From the NCBI GenBank assembly GCA_964016885.1, contig OZ024740.1, forward strand, positions 398,164,001 through 398,228,000: a stretch of 64,000 nucleotides of DNA, read 5' to 3'. The translations under genes and the position numbers were made by a program. This document shows positions 12,523 through 27,440 of this stretch, in pieces. This DNA comes from Eledone cirrhosa (taxonomy: Eukaryota). Numbering within the stretch: position 1 is the stretch's first letter; the number at the start of each line of letters is the position of its first letter. Below the pieces are notes generated by a model, which searched no databases, was not told the origin of the DNA, and saw only the letters and a list, made by a program, of their open reading frames with translations.

Positions 12523-13354
12523 GTTAATCTTCTGGCCCTTTGGTAACAACCTTATTATTCCTATGTGGTCTATTAGTACTATTTAGGGTCGACTTCTGGT
12601 CATTATTGAAAGTCTCTGGATTTCGCAAAATACATATTTTTTATTGGAGAACGTAAGATATTTTTCCGCAAAAATTTGATTGCACTGTTTTGTTTCCACT
12701 TATGTATTTTTCGAAAATGTTATTTATTCATTATAAAAATTAAATCATAGCATTCTATATGTATGTGGGCCTCCTTCATCTCCTGGCAACCAATATTTTT
12801 AGACCCAGTCCGCCATTGCATGCATGCATGCATACATACATACATACATACATACATACATACATACATACATACATACATACATACATACATACATAAA
12901 TTAGTACGAACTTACTAAGCACAGATACGTATATATGTACACGAGCACACTCGAAAAAACGTATATATTTACACAAAAACATTTTCTTTAATTAAACTTT
13001 GCCTACTTAAGTATGTACTATGTGTCCTTTATTTCTGAAGCTGCCATACTACTACTACTACTACTAGTAGAGTAGTAGTAGTAGTAGTAGTAGTAATAGT
13101 AGTAGTAGTAGTAGTAGTACCACTGTTACCACTACTACTACTGCTGCTGCTGCTACTGCTACTGTTACTGCTGCTGCTGGCTTCCTTTGCTCTCTTCGAA
13201 ACTGCGATCCGTGATGCTCTGGAGACGAATATATGCTCTTGTTGCTACCTCTGTTGTTTTTTGCAATTTTTTTTTTATCTTTCCCTGTTCTTCGGGGCAA
13301 AAACGTCCTCAAATGACCCTTGTTTCTACAAGAGTAGCAGCCAGCCTTTTTTAC

Positions 13355-13500
13355 CTGTGCCACAAATCTTGTGATTTGATTTTCGTTTCTGCGCTCATAG
13401 CGTGGTCACACATCCGGTATGACCTTGTGATTGTGGAGTCCATTCTGATACTCCTCGCCACATAAAATTCTGTCACTTCTGCACCAACAACCCGTCCATG
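13355..13500 (-). other. Candidate host exon (possibly pseudogenic)
   Basis: Non-repetitive, GC-richer block bounded by TTTATACTGTAG| and CAG|GTAAAA; phase-compatible with 20418-20517. Confidence 0.3.
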
Positions 13501-14714
13501 CTACAGTATAAAGATGATAAGCCAAGGATCAACATCGTTTCACATGTCCCTGAAAGCTACACTCTTATTTCTAGAATACAAATGTAATGACAAGTATTTG
13601 CCTCCACACCTCTGCTTATTTCGGGACAGTGTTTACACTCTCAAATGCACTTGGTACCATAGGTTCTTCCCGTCAATGAACAACAAACAAATCGTGAGAT
13701 TAAAAAAAAAAATTATTATAAAAACAAAAACAATATATAAAAAACAGTTGAGAACTAATGGATTTCTAAAAGAGACACTAGCTCTTTGTACTCTATAGAT
13801 AATGAACACAACCACAAGGATATGGTCCGAACGTGGAAGAGCCGAATTCCCACTGTCATCTCCTCCATCTCTCTCACCCTCCTCATCTCTCTGTATGGTG
13901 AGCAAATGGGGTCCCACGTGCTGGCCTCCCCACAGCCCCGGCAGACAGAATGGAGAAGGCGTTTCCCCAGAGGATGGTAAGAGAGATGCGCTGGAAGAGC
14001 CATTCCAACTCGCGAGGCGCCTATGGTGGTGAGTAGGCAGGTAGCTCTAGGGTCAAGGACACCAAAAGTCTCCCTGTGTAAAGGGAAGAATTTTCCCCAT
14101 TTATCTGACTTTGATATGTTCCTTTGATGGGAAATTAGTTCCTACATCAGTCTTAGGAAACAGAGATAGATTTCCTTATTGGTTTGCTTCTGCATGTAGT
14201 CTTGTTTCTTTCAGAAAAGATTAACTTCAAATATTCCATGTCATTTACTAGACCAGCAAAGGTGTCACTAATATGTGAAAATGAGGTCAAAATGTTTCCG
14301 TTTGTCATGTAGCATATGTTTGCATTGGTGTTGCTGTTGTTCATAACACTTCCACTTGGGGTATTCAAACTGGCATTTTTAACTTTTAAAATATAATTTC
14401 TTTTTTTTTAGTGTTCAACGTTAATCTCTTGTTGTGCAATTAAATACACCTATGCAGTCATGCGCAGATACAGACACCTTTTCAATAGCCCTTCCTCAAA
14501 TTTAACAGAACATCTAGGGTGCAACAGCTGGAAGGGGGGAGGTTTACATAATCAGTTATGGTTCTTTCTTTATCGACTCCGAAAAGATAAAAGATAAAAT
14601 GGATTTCGGTGTTTCAATTTAGTGTGCAGAGATCCTGAACATATGTTCTATGCTCCAACGACTCTTCGATATCGACCACCTATGTATATATATGTGTGTG
14701 TGTGTGTATGTGTA

Positions 14715-14775
<61 letters not shown>

Positions 14776-15379
14776 ACATATAAATATATATATGAATTTA
14801 TGTATATATGTGCGCGTGTGTATGTATGTGATGTGGATATTGTATGTACGTATGTCTGACTGTAAACATGTTTATACAATTCAGTGTAAAAAAACAGCTG
14901 GTAATTTAAAGAAGCTATCGATTTTCATATTTATGTTTGTAGCATGTAATTTGTCTTCTCTCAGAAATATTGCCATTTACTACTTAATTATGGGTAATAA
15001 TAAGCTTTATTATTGGGAAAATAATAACAATAGAGAGAGATTGAAATATGTATTATGTTTGCATGGTAATATAAAATATGTGGATATATGTTTTTGTTTG
15101 TAATGTTTTTTTGTTTTTTTTTACTGTTGTCGTTTAGCCCTAAGATCGCTCTTATAGAATATTCCTTTGATCAGAAGTGTACCTTTCTGTCGTTTTCATA
15201 TAAGCAGCAAACCCGGCACTTTATCCAATGTATCATTTCTTTTTCTAAGCGGGTAGTGCACGCTTTGGTTGCTATTATTAGCAGGTCGTATGACCACAGA
15301 GAAGCTGCTTTATTGGCATGTATGTATGTATGTATGTATGTATGTATGTATGTATGTATGTATGTATGTATTATGTAAT

Positions 15380-15832
15380 GCAAAGGACAGGGGAGCTCTT
15401 AAGAGTCAATGGCCATCCAAAATCACCGGGAGAGATGACCCCTTAGCCTTTGTCAAGGCAGAATTCTAGGAGAAGGAACACTCTGATATAGCACCTGCAA
15501 CTCTGATGGTATCCAATGATGTTGACTTGTTCTTCTTTTTGGTAAATATCATCTTGGTTAAGAGAGTGGGATTGGCTTTGTGCAGTGCCTTTGCTCACTA
15601 TAAAAGCTTCACGGCACAGGCATTGCTTTATATCTGGAGATCTCTCTGCACTTGTCGTCACATGGGCCCAGCACTATGTGTCAGTAATTGTCACAAGTGT
15701 AGTGTTTGTACCAGAGTTTTCAAGTCGCTGGCTGGACTAAAAAGTCACACTCGTTCAGCGCATCGGTAGGGGTTCTCCTACATGGATATAAAGTAGTGGC
15801 CGTACTCGAAAACGAGTTGGCAGCCACCATGT
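15380..15832 (+). mobile_element. Bipartite RTE-derived element, 5'-truncated copy
   Basis: Near-identical to 6318-6770 in the opposite orientation; preceded by (ATGT)n. Confidence 0.85.
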
Positions 15833-15899
15833 AATGCATACATGTAAGCATGCACTAACTTTTACTGCTTTTGATATGTATCGCGCCCATTCCTCATCG

Positions 15900-16088
15900 T
15901 GGATTGGCAGTATCGGTAGAGGGTCGGACGCCATGCTTTGTAGCACAGAGTTACGGCCCTTTATGGTCTGAGTTCAAATTCCGCCGAGGTTAACTTTGCC
16001 TTTCATCCTTACGGGGTCGATAAAATAAAGTACCAGTAATACACTGGGATAATTGCTGGCCTTGTGCCTAAAGTAGAAACAATTATTT
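15900..16088 (+). mobile_element. tRNA-derived SINE; other copies at 5282-5360(-), 17022-17210(-), 18258-18570(-), 25745-25960(-), 25975-26130(-), 29066-29215(+), 29905-30080(+), 37920-38095(+), 38097-38282(+), 48462-48660(-)
   Basis: A-box-like TGGCAGTATCGGTAG, B-box GAGTTCAAAT, conserved centre CTTTGCCTTTCATCCTTACGGGGTCGATAAAATAAAGTACCAG and an (ATT)-type tail. Confidence 0.85.
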
Positions 16089-16099
16089 AAGAAATTCTT

Positions 16100-16700
16100 G
16101 CTACCAGTTTCTGCTTTGTAAGTGTAGCGAATAACACTGTCATTGATGCGAATGTCTTTAAAGTTCCTTTTACATGAAAGGATAATAATCTGAAGTAAAA
16201 CCTCCGTTTTCTTTAAATGTACTGTATAAATTCTAGAGATTATTTCGTCTCCTTCGCCAATTCTCTGTTCCCGTTTGCTGTTCTTTTATTAAAGCAACAA
16301 CAGTAGAGAATTTCAGAGAAAAAATACTGTCTGGCAGCTTCATCAGTTTCACCAATGCCGGATTTACCATTTGCTTAAGTGTGCTTAAGATAAGGGCCCC
16401 GTTGGCCAGGAGGTGGGGGAAGGCATCTTCCTGCTAAAAAATATTTCTACGATGAATTTTTCAAATTTTTGAGGCCTCATAACTTAACTAGCACAGGGCC
16501 TCATTTGTCCTAAGTCCAGCACAGAGTTTCATTCAGTTTGAACCAAAGTTTTTCTTCACTATTTACTGTATATGTAGAGCGATCAGCCAATGCTATATAA
16601 TTTTCTCTTCGCAATCGCTTCTGGTAATATCTAACATAGATTAAATTATTAGATTCTATATGTAAATGACTTTCGTGTCTACTGCTGCCGCCATACAGTA
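16100..16700 (-). pseudogene. Decayed Helitron Rep-region fragments
   Basis: Hand translation gives IESNNLIYVRYYQKRLRRENYIALAD and ISRIYTVH...HVKG, resembling Helitron Rep blocks. Confidence 0.55.
16353..16524. mobile_element. hAT-type MITE with 8-bp TSD
   Basis: Imperfect TIRs CAATGCCGGATTTA/TAAGTCCAGCACAG, flanked by AGTTTCAC (16345-16352) and AGTTTCAT (16525-16532). Confidence 0.75.
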
Positions 16701-17603
16701 AAGTCTAGGATGCAATCCGACATAGCTTTTTCTGAATATCATTCGTAGCTGAGGGGTCATTTAATTACATAACTCGAGTATGTTATTCGCAGCATCTTGA
16801 ATGTTGATCTTCCAGAAGTTTCTTGCTATAGGGGTCCCCCACTTCCCTCATAGCTTTTGTGAGTTGTTTCAAAGTTCTTCTCAGATTATGTCTTGAAGTT
16901 AGTCATATAACCTTAATTCGTTGATTGAAGGCGAGAAGCTGTGTTTGGGGTATATATTCTACTCTCATATTATCTAAAGATTCATTTAAGTAAACTAGAC
17001 AGCTTGTTGCACTGTCTAAATATAATTGTTTCTACTTTAGGCACAAGGCCAGCAAACACCCAGTGCATTACTGGTACTTTATTTTATCGACCCCGTAAGG
17101 ATGAAAGGCAAAGTCAACCTCGGCGGGATTTGAACTCAGATCGTAAAGGGACGTAACTATGCTGGAAAGCATGGCGTCCGACCCTCTACCGATACTGCCA
17201 ATCCACCGCACTGTCTAATTATTATAATACTTTGTTGGAAAGGTTATGTCTGGCACTGTATTTTTCTACAACACGAGAAAAAAACCTGTTATCCAACAAG
17301 TATTATTATTATACAATCATAGGAAAGAATCAGTGTTTTGCTTGGGCAATGGTTGTCTTATTACTATGGACGTAAGAATAGAAATGAGAAACTGAAATGG
17401 GTGGAGGAAGTTCTATATGGTTAGAGATTAGTTGCAAGACCAGATCAGTTGATTTGATGCACGCACAAATAAATTTGGGACCAGCGCTGGAGCGGTTAAA
17501 TGCTGGAAGTCAATGAAAATCAAGGTAAATTGAATTAGTGGATGGACAGACATGATCGAGGAGGTAGATGCTGGTGAGCTTCGAACACACACATATACAC
17601 ACC

Positions 17604-17659
<56 letters not shown>

Positions 17660-17747
17660 GCTCTCTCTCTTTCTTTCTCTCTTTCGCCCCTCTCCCCCCT
17701 CTCTCTCTCTCTTTATATATATATATCTTGTCTTGTTTCTCATTATT

Positions 17748-17783
17748 TCTTCTGATGAAGTACTAGCGTCCGAAACGTTAAGA
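17748..17783 (+). ncRNA. Minimal hammerhead in a ~130 bp repeat family (copies at 34758-34792 minus, 51756-51793 plus, ~42015-42045 minus degenerate; related core at 34327-34354)
   Basis: TCTT-CTGATGA-A-GTAC tagc GTCC-GAA-ACGT-T-AAGA. Other copies have stem II GGAC/GTCC, AGA/TCT or GGGC/GCCC. Confidence 0.7.
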
Positions 17784-18332
17784 TCCTCTTCCCGCTATAT
17801 ACCTAATATATACCTTCCATATACTGTACCGATTGTGTTGTTATTTCTGTTTACCTTTTACAAACATATATATATATATATATATGGAAATGTCTTCTAC
17901 CGTCTCAGTGGTTATATAATGCTATAACTGCTAATTCTAATTGGCAAAGACTGTTCTGAGTTCAATCATCTCTTCACGCCCGGAAGAAGACGAAGAAGGC
18001 GTCATAGCGAAAGGCGTGTGAAAATATGTGTATGGTATAAGCGAAAAAATATGTGTGTGATATATGTATGTATGTGTCGATGACGTAGATTTAATTTGAG
18101 TGATGTATATGTGTGCATGAGTGTAAGTCTATATAGTGAAAAGTGGGTGCGAATATGTATTTGATAAAAAGGGAAAAATTAGTGGTAAATGTAGGCATGT
18201 GTGTGCGTGAGTGTAAGTATACATAGCAAAAGGCATGTGCGAATATGTATATGATATAATTGTTTTTACTTTTGGCACAAGGTCAGCAATTACCCAGTAC
18301 ATTACTGGTACTTTATTTTATCGTAAGGATGA

Positions 18333-18570
18333 AAGGCAAAGTTAACCTCGGCGGGATTTGAACTCAGAATGGAAAGGGCCAATGGTGGCGTAAGGCAAAG
18401 TTAACCTCGGCGGGATTTGAACTCAGAATGGAAAGGGCCAATGGTGGCGTAAGACAAAGTTAACCTCGGCGGGATTTGAACTCAGAATGGAAAGGGCCAA
18501 TGGTGGCGTAAGGCAAAGTTAACCTCGGCGGGATTTGAACTCAGAATGGGAAGGGCCAATGGTGGCGTAA
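18333..18570. repeat. 59-bp unit x4 within a SINE
   Basis: AAGGCAAAGTTAACCTCGGCGGGATTTGAACTCAGAATGGAAAGGGCCAATGGTGGCGT repeated four times. Confidence 0.9.
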
Positions 18571-18584
18571 TTATGTTGGATATT

Positions 18585-18920
18585 TTAAATTAGCCATTCA
18601 GATGTACTTCTTTCCTTTCGATTATTGATGCTAGGTTTTAATTGCTTGATCAAGAGGGCCTCCTTAATTTTCAGCGTGCCTATACTGCGTTCGGTAGCTA
18701 AGACTGTGGTGATAATGTTGTCCCAGTTTCCGCATTTGATGGTGTGTTTGCAGGAGGAGGAGTTGGGTGTTAACATGCTCTTTAATACGGAGATGTAACG
18801 ATCGATTAGTGCTGCTTATGTAGAATAGATTGCACTTGTTACATTCTAGACTGTATACTACGTAGTTACGCAGGCAACAATTAGTGTTGGCACCTCTAAT
18901 TTTCTGAAGCATTGTATGGC
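18585..18920 (-). pseudogene. PLE GIY-YIG endonuclease remnant
   Basis: [29 protein letters not shown], then a frameshifted [21 protein letters not shown]. Confidence 0.8.
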
Positions 18921-18936
18921 TTTTAATATTATTTAA

Positions 18937-19072
<136 letters not shown>

Positions 19073-19177
19073 GTATATATATGTATATATATATGTGTAT
19101 ATATATATATACATGTATATATATGTATATATATATATGTGTGTATAAATATATATGTATATATATATATGTATATA

Positions 19178-19268
<91 letters not shown>

Positions 19269-19291
19269 CTATGTATATATGTATATATGTG

Positions 19292-19322
<31 letters not shown>

Positions 19323-19337
19323 GTATATATACATGTA

Positions 19338-19736
<399 letters not shown>

Positions 19737-19859
19737 AACAGCCGATCAAAAATCCCAGACCTTATTCGCTTAACGAGTGAGGTGGAGCTCGTCAAATCGG
19801 AAACAATGTTTCCATTGGTCTTTCCAATTGCTAATACTAGCTACCGGTCGCAAATCCAG

Positions 19860-19955
19860 ACAGAAGGAGCAACGTGTAATAAAGTGTCCTGGTCCGGGTA
19901 TCGAACTCACAACCTCACGATTGCGAATCTAATTCTCTAACCTCTCAGTCACGCC
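19860..19955 (-). mobile_element. tRNA-like SINE head of a second family
   Basis: GGCGTGACTGAGAGGTTAG...GAGTTCGATACCCGG with A/B boxes; no complete cloverleaf. Confidence 0.55.
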
Positions 19956-20417
19956 ATATTGTCTAAAAAATGAATGACATGTACACTCGTGTAGTCGGGG
20001 TAGAAGATATTGGAAAAACGAAGACAAGGATCATAGATGGAATACCTTTGATCGTATGTTTGTTTGATCAGAGCTGACATTGAACTAAGCTACATTAACA
20101 TCAACATCCATCGACTCAGCCATCTTGTGATAAAATGAATGGCGATGTAAAGAGAACGAAATACCTAAAACACCGCCTTGTTTAACACAAACTGAGGAGC
20201 TTTTGGATGTGCCTTTATGGGATCACACGACTTGCTAGGAATAGCTGACAACTCCAACCCCTCATATCACACCTTGCCGCTTAAAAACAAAATCCCCCCA
20301 AAACATGACGAGTCTGTAAGAGAAGATGGGATGATCATGGTTTAACCATTGGATGGGCTGACCTTGTGTCAAACAACTAAAACAGTAACAACAATAAGGG
20401 GCATTACCATCGCTCAC

Positions 20418-20517
20418 CTGGTCCTTCCGTGTCTTTAACAAGGTTCACTCCGTTGCGAACATTCAAACAAGAACAGTGATTTCCTTTCGGCCTAAATCTT
20501 TTTCTGCAAACCTTGAC
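20418..20517 (-). other. Candidate host exon (may extend to 20610)
   Basis: Open frame VKVCRKRFRPKGNHCSCLNVRNGVNLVKDTEGP ending at CAG|GTGAGC in phase 1. Confidence 0.3.
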
Positions 20518-21034
20518 CTACAGATGTTCAGGCTGGGCATAGACAGCATGCCCCTCAGCAGTTTGGGGCGGTGTGCAAATGTTATGGGTACTAACCTTCC
20601 CCTCCTTTGACTAACTTATAAAAAGAAACAGACATTTTTTTACCACATGTTTAAAGCAGTGTGGGATTTACCATCGTTATCATTATCTTCGTAAATGGAG
20701 TACAATATGTGATAGGAACACAATAAACAACTAAAGAGGCATACAAATAAAAAGATGAATAAATGAAGTAAATATAGAAATAAACAAATAAATAAGAGAT
20801 ATGATGTGTTTGTAATGGCAGTGAAATACAGAAATGTCGAGAGACCATGCTGGGTCGAGCTTGCCAGCTATTTCTTACAACGTCGACAACATCAGCTACA
20901 ACAATAACTTCAACAACAATAACAACGACGACAGCACATTGACGAAAGTAATAATAAAAAAAAAAGATGATGAATAAAATAAAAAGAAAATACAAAGAAA
21001 TGCTAGAACAAAACTAACAAGCTATAACGAACTA

Positions 21035-24000
21035 ACTCACACATACATACACTTACATACACTTACTACACATACATACACTTACAAACATTTGCATACA
21101 CATACATACACTTACAAACATTTACATACACATACATACACTTACAAACATATGCATACACACACATACACTTACAAACATTTACATACACATACATACA
21201 CTTACAAACATTTACATACACATACATACATACACTTACAAACATTTACACACACATACATACACTTACAAACATTTACATACACATACATACACTTACA
21301 AACATTTACATACACATACATACATACACTTACAAACATTTACATACACATACATACACTTACAAAAATGTACATACACATACATACACTTACAAACATC
21401 TACATACACAAACATACACTCACAAAAATTTACATACACATACATACACTTACAAACATCTACATACAGATATACACTTACAAACATTTACATACACATA
21501 CATACACTTACAAAGATTTACATGCACATACATACACTTACAAACATTTACATACACATACATACACTTACAAACATCTACATACACATACATACACTTA
21601 CAAACATTTACATACACATACATACACATACAAACATTTACATACACATACATACACTTACAAACATCTACATACATACATACACTTACAAACATTTACA
21701 TACACATACATAGATACACTTATAAACATTTACATACACATACATACATACACTTACAAACATTTACATACACACACTTACACTTACAAACATCTACATA
21801 CACATACATAGATACACTTACAAACATCTACATACAGATACATACACTTACATACATTTATATACACATACATACACTTACAAAGATTTACATACACATA
21901 CATACACTTACAAACATTTACATACAAATACATATACTTACAAACATCTACATACACATTCATACACTTACAAAGATTTACATACACATACATACACTTA
22001 CAAACATTTACATACACATACATACACTCACATACATTTACATACACATACATACACTTACAAACATTTACATACACATACATACACTTACAAACATTTA
22101 CATACATACACTTACACTTACAAACATCTACATACACATACATAGATACACTTATAAACATTTACATACACATACATACATACACTTACAAACATTTACA
22201 TACACACACTTACACTTACAAACATCTACATACACATACATAGATACACTTACAAACATCTACATACACATACATACACTCACAAACATTTACATACACA
22301 TACATACACTTACAAACATTTACATACATATACATACACTTACAAACATTTACATACACATACATACACTCACAAACATTTACATACACATACATATACT
22401 TACAAACATTTACATACACATACATACATACACTTACAAACATGTACATACACATACACACACTTACAAACATTTACATACACATACATACATACACTTA
22501 CAAACATTCACATACACATACATACATACACTTACAAACATTTACATACACATACATACACTTACAAACTTTTACATATACATACATACACTTACAAACA
22601 TTTACATACACATACATAGAGTCACAAACATTAACATACACATACATACACTTACAAACATTTACATACACATACATACATACACTTACAAACACATACA
22701 TACACATACATACACTTACAAACATTTACATACACATACATACACTTACAAACATTTACATACACATACATACACTTACAAACATTTACATACAAACATT
22801 TACATACACATACATACATACACTTACAAATATTTACATACACATACATACACTTACAAACATTTACATACACATACATACACTTACAAACATTTACATA
22901 CACATACATACACTTACAAACATCTACATACACATACATACACTTACAAACATTTACATACACATACATACACTTACAAACATTTACATACACATACATA
23001 TACTTACAAACATTTACATACATACACTTACACTTACAAACATCTACATACACATACATACACTTACAAAGATTTACATACACATACATACACTTACAAA
23101 CATCTACATACACATACATACACTTACAAACATTTACATACACATACATACACTTACAAACATCTACATACACATACATACACTTACAAACATTTACATA
23201 CACATACATACACTTACAAACATTTACATACACACACATACACTTACAAACATCTACATACACATACATACACTTACAAAGATTTACATACACATAGATA
23301 CACTTACAAACATCTACATACACATACATACACTTACAAACATTTACATACACATACATACACTTACAAACATCTACATACACATACATACACTTACAAA
23401 CATTTACATACACATACATACACTCACAAACATCTACATACACATACATACACTTACAAACATTTACATACACATGCATACACTTACAAACATCTACATA
23501 CACATACACACACTTACAAAGATTTACATACATACATACACTTACAAACATTTACATACAGATACATACACTTACAAACATTTACATACACATACATACA
23601 CTTACAAAGATTTACATACACATACATACACTTACAAACATTTACATACACATACATACACTTACAAACATCTACATACACATACATACACTTACAAACA
23701 TTTACATACACATACATACACTTACAAACATCTACATACACATACATACACTTACAAACATTTACATACACATACATACACTTACACACATTTACATACA
23801 CATACATACACTTACAAACATCTACATACATACATACACTTACAAACATTTACATACACATACATACACTCACATACATTTACATACACATACATACACT
23901 TACAAACATTTACATACACATACATACACTTACAAACATTTACATACATACACTTACACTTACAAACATCTACATACACATACATAGATACACTTATAAA

Positions 24001-25064
24001 CATTTACATACACATACATACATACACTTACAAACATTTACATACACACACTTACACTTACAAACATCTACATACACATACATAGATACACTTACAAACA
24101 TCTACATACACATACATACACTCACAAACATTTACATACACATACATACACTTACAAACATTTACATACATATACATACACTTACAAACATTTACATACA
24201 CATACATACAGTCACAAACATTTACATACACATACATATACTTACAAACATTTACATACACATACATACATACACTTACAAACATGTTCATACACATACA
24301 CACACTTACAAACATTTACATACACATACATACATACACTTACAAACATTCACATACACATACATACATACACTTACAAACATTTACATACACATACATA
24401 CACTTACAAACTTTTACATATACATACATACACTTACAAACATTTACATACACATACATACATAGAGTCACAAACATTAACATACACATACATACACTTA
24501 CAAACATTTACATACACATACATACATACACTTACAAACACATACATACACATACATACACTTACAAACATTTACATACACATACATACACTTACAAACA
24601 TTTACATACACATACATACACTTACAAACATTTACATACACATACACACATACAAACATTTACATACACATACATACACTTACAAACATTTACATACACA
24701 TACATACACTTACAAACATTTACATACACATACATACACTTACAAATATTTACATACACATACATACACTTACAAACATCTACATACACATACATACACT
24801 TACAAACATTTACATACACATACATACACTTACAAACATTTACATACATACACTTACACTTACAAACATCTACATACACATACATACACTTACAAAGATT
24901 TACATACACATACATACACTTACAAACATTTACATACACATACATACACTTACAAACATCTACATACACATACATACACTTACAAACATTTACATACACA
25001 TACATACACTCACAAACATCTACATACACATACATACACTTACAAACATTTACATACACATACA
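21035..25064. repeat. 30-bp minisatellite (TACATACACATACATACACTTACAAACATT)n, ~4 kb
   Basis: Directly visible periodicity with 26- and 34-bp variant units. Confidence 0.97.
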
Positions 25065-25426
25065 CTGCTCAGTTCGGAAGAATCAGATCACTTTACAGTA
25101 GCGACACGCTGTGGTGAAGCAGAAGAACTTGAGATGACACAAAAGCAAGGGGAACACAGAAACAGTTGCACACTAACAATCCGTCGCTCACACATACTAA
25201 CAGACACGCATTCATACAGTCCTAACCACGCGCACTCCTATACACGTGGTGCGCATGCGCAACTATGAACGTCAAGAGACATTAAAGACAGGATATAGCG
25301 TATGGTATGGAGAAAATTAATAGGGAGCAAGCTGGGTGTTTGGTGTGAAGAATTAATAGATGTCTACTGTTTTTGTTTGGTTTGGTTTTATGTCTTCTAA
25401 CTTTTTTTGTTCTTGTAGCTCTTGTT

Positions 25427-25682
25427 GCATCATCGTCATCATCATCATCATCATCGTCCTCGTCATCGTCATCATCGTCATCATCATCATCACCATCACC
25501 ATCACCTTCTTCTTCTTCTTCTTCTTCTTCTTCTTCTTCTTCTTCTTCTTCTTCTTCTTCTTCTTCTTCTTTATCATCATCATCATCATCATTATCATCT
25601 TCATCACCATCACCATCACCATCTTCATCATCATCGTCAACAACACCATCACCATCATCTTCATCATCATCGTCATCATCAT
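25427..25682. repeat. Compound (CAT)n/(CTT)n microsatellite
   Basis: Directly visible. Confidence 0.95.
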
Positions 25683-26159
25683 GGTATTTTGTCGGTATTT
25701 TGTCGGACGCTCTACCGATTTTATTAATCCACCACTTTAATAATGGTTTCTTATATAGGCTCAAGGCCAGCAATTTTGGGGGAGGGGAAAGTCGATTAAA
25801 TCGATCCAGTGCATGACTGGTACTTTATTTTATCGACCCCTGTAAGGATGAAAAGCAAAGATAACCTAGGCGGGATTTGAACTCAGATCATAAAGGGCCG
25901 TAACTCTATGCTGCAAAGCATGTTGTCCGACCCTCTACCGATACTGCCAATCGACCGCCCTCCACGACTCTAATAATAATTGTTTTTACATTTAGCACAA
26001 GGCCAGTGACTTTATAGACCCCCGTAGTGATGAAAGGCAAAGTTAACCTCGGTGGGATTTGAACTCAGAACGTAAAAGGCCAAACCTCCATGCTGCAAAG
26101 CATGGTGTCGGACGCTCTACCGATACTATAATAATAATTATTATTACGATTATTATTGG

Positions 26160-26600
26160 AGGTTATGCCAACACTATGAAATACCAACAGGTAAAAGTGG
26201 TACAAGCATACACCAGAAAAAGGTGTTAGAGAATGACAAAGTAACCTTATTTTGGGATATACCATTACACACAGACAGGGAGATCAAAGCCATCCAAATG
26301 GATATTATAGTGAAAGAATGCAAATAAAAGAAATGTCTTCTAATTGATGAATCTATCCCCACAGACAACAATATATCTCTCAAGGAAAAGAAGAAGCTAT
26401 CCAAATATAAAGATCTAGAGATAGAAATAACCCGAATGTGGGTGATGAAAACAGAAACAAACCCTATAATAATAAGTGCTTAGGGAATGATTAAAAAAAA
26501 CACACACACACAGACATAACCAAAACCTCAAGACTTACAAATATATACACCACACAGAAAATAGCACTAATTGGCGCTGTACTTTCAATATAAAAGAAAT
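26160..26600 (+). pseudogene. R4/Dong-like LINE C-terminal restriction-like endonuclease fragment
   Basis: WYKHTPEKVLENDKVTLFWD...TDREIKA...DII...CLLID.SIPTD.NIS.KE.KKLSKYKDLEIEITRMW, with stops. Confidence 0.75.
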
Positions 26601-27119
26601 AGCAGCACCAAAAATAACACTGCATGTGCCCAAAGTACACAGAGCTGTGCTCCATAATGCACTGACAACACGCAATGAAAATGATAATAATAATAATAAC
26701 ATCCCACATTGTACGCAAGGCATTATCTATTCAATAGCACAACTCCACAAACATCCTGTATAAATTCTGGTTCTCTATCTTTCAGAAGCTGGAGATTTTC
26801 CGTCTTTGAGCATGCGCACCACCTCTTTAATTTATCAGTGCTGATATTCATGTCGTTAGTGATGTTGTGTAACCACAGCTATCACCATTTCTCTCCATTT
26901 TCTTTTTCAAACAATGTATCTGGGACGACATTGCCCAGTGTGTTCTTATTATCATAAAATATTAAAATGTGATTTGAATGAGATTTGGCTGCTGCTTTAA
27001 GCTGGTCAAGTTGACAGAGAAGCGGAGAAATCAACAGTTGAATTGATGATTCGCTTCCAGCCACCAGTCATACATTATGTTTGTGTCGAAGATGCTTAAT
27101 TCTCAAAGACTTATTTAAT

Positions 27120-27440
27120 ATAAGTGGCCGCACTAACAATGACCACACTATAAGTAACCGCAATATATGTAACCACACTAAAAACTATCTCCTATTAATA
27201 ACCACACACTGTCGCACAATAAGTGGTCGCACTATATACATAATTTCACTATAAGTAACCGCACTATATATGGCCGCAATGTAAGTGACCACACTCAATG
27301 TAACTGCACCATAAGTAGTTTCGCTAAGAACACCAAAAATGTACCTAAACCCTCAATTATTTTGTCATTTTCAAGTTCAGCGCCCCAAAATGCACAAAGA
27401 AAGTAACATTTGAGTTCCGAAGCAGAAATGTGTTGAACAC
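27120..27440. repeat. Degenerate ~20-bp tandem array (TAAGTAACCGCACTA), possibly DNA transposon subterminal repeats
   Basis: About nine diverged units followed by unique sequence. Confidence 0.5.

Noticed and set aside
13801-14085. GC-rich island, considered as an HDV-like ribozyme
   Set aside because: TCCCACGT resembles L3 but P1/P3 pairings could not be formed; identity unknown.
16740-16900. Tigger/pogo-like transposase trace (ARNFWKINIQDAANNI, minus)
   Set aside because: Too short to support without a profile search.
17975-18020. CACGCC...GGCGTG with GACG/CGTC hairpin
   Set aside because: Both core strands are mutated; too degenerate to call as an HHR.
18333-18570. CRISPR-like regular repeats
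   Set aside because: No unique spacers and no cas genes; SINE-derived tandem in eukaryotic DNA.
19880-19955. tRNA gene
   Set aside because: Acceptor stem is incomplete and it continues into a SINE body.
21092-25117. Long HTYT/IHTL ORFs (up to 547 aa)
   Set aside because: Translations of the 30-bp minisatellite.
25282-25816. Acidic, poly-Ser and poly-His ORFs
   Set aside because: Trinucleotide microsatellite open in most frames.
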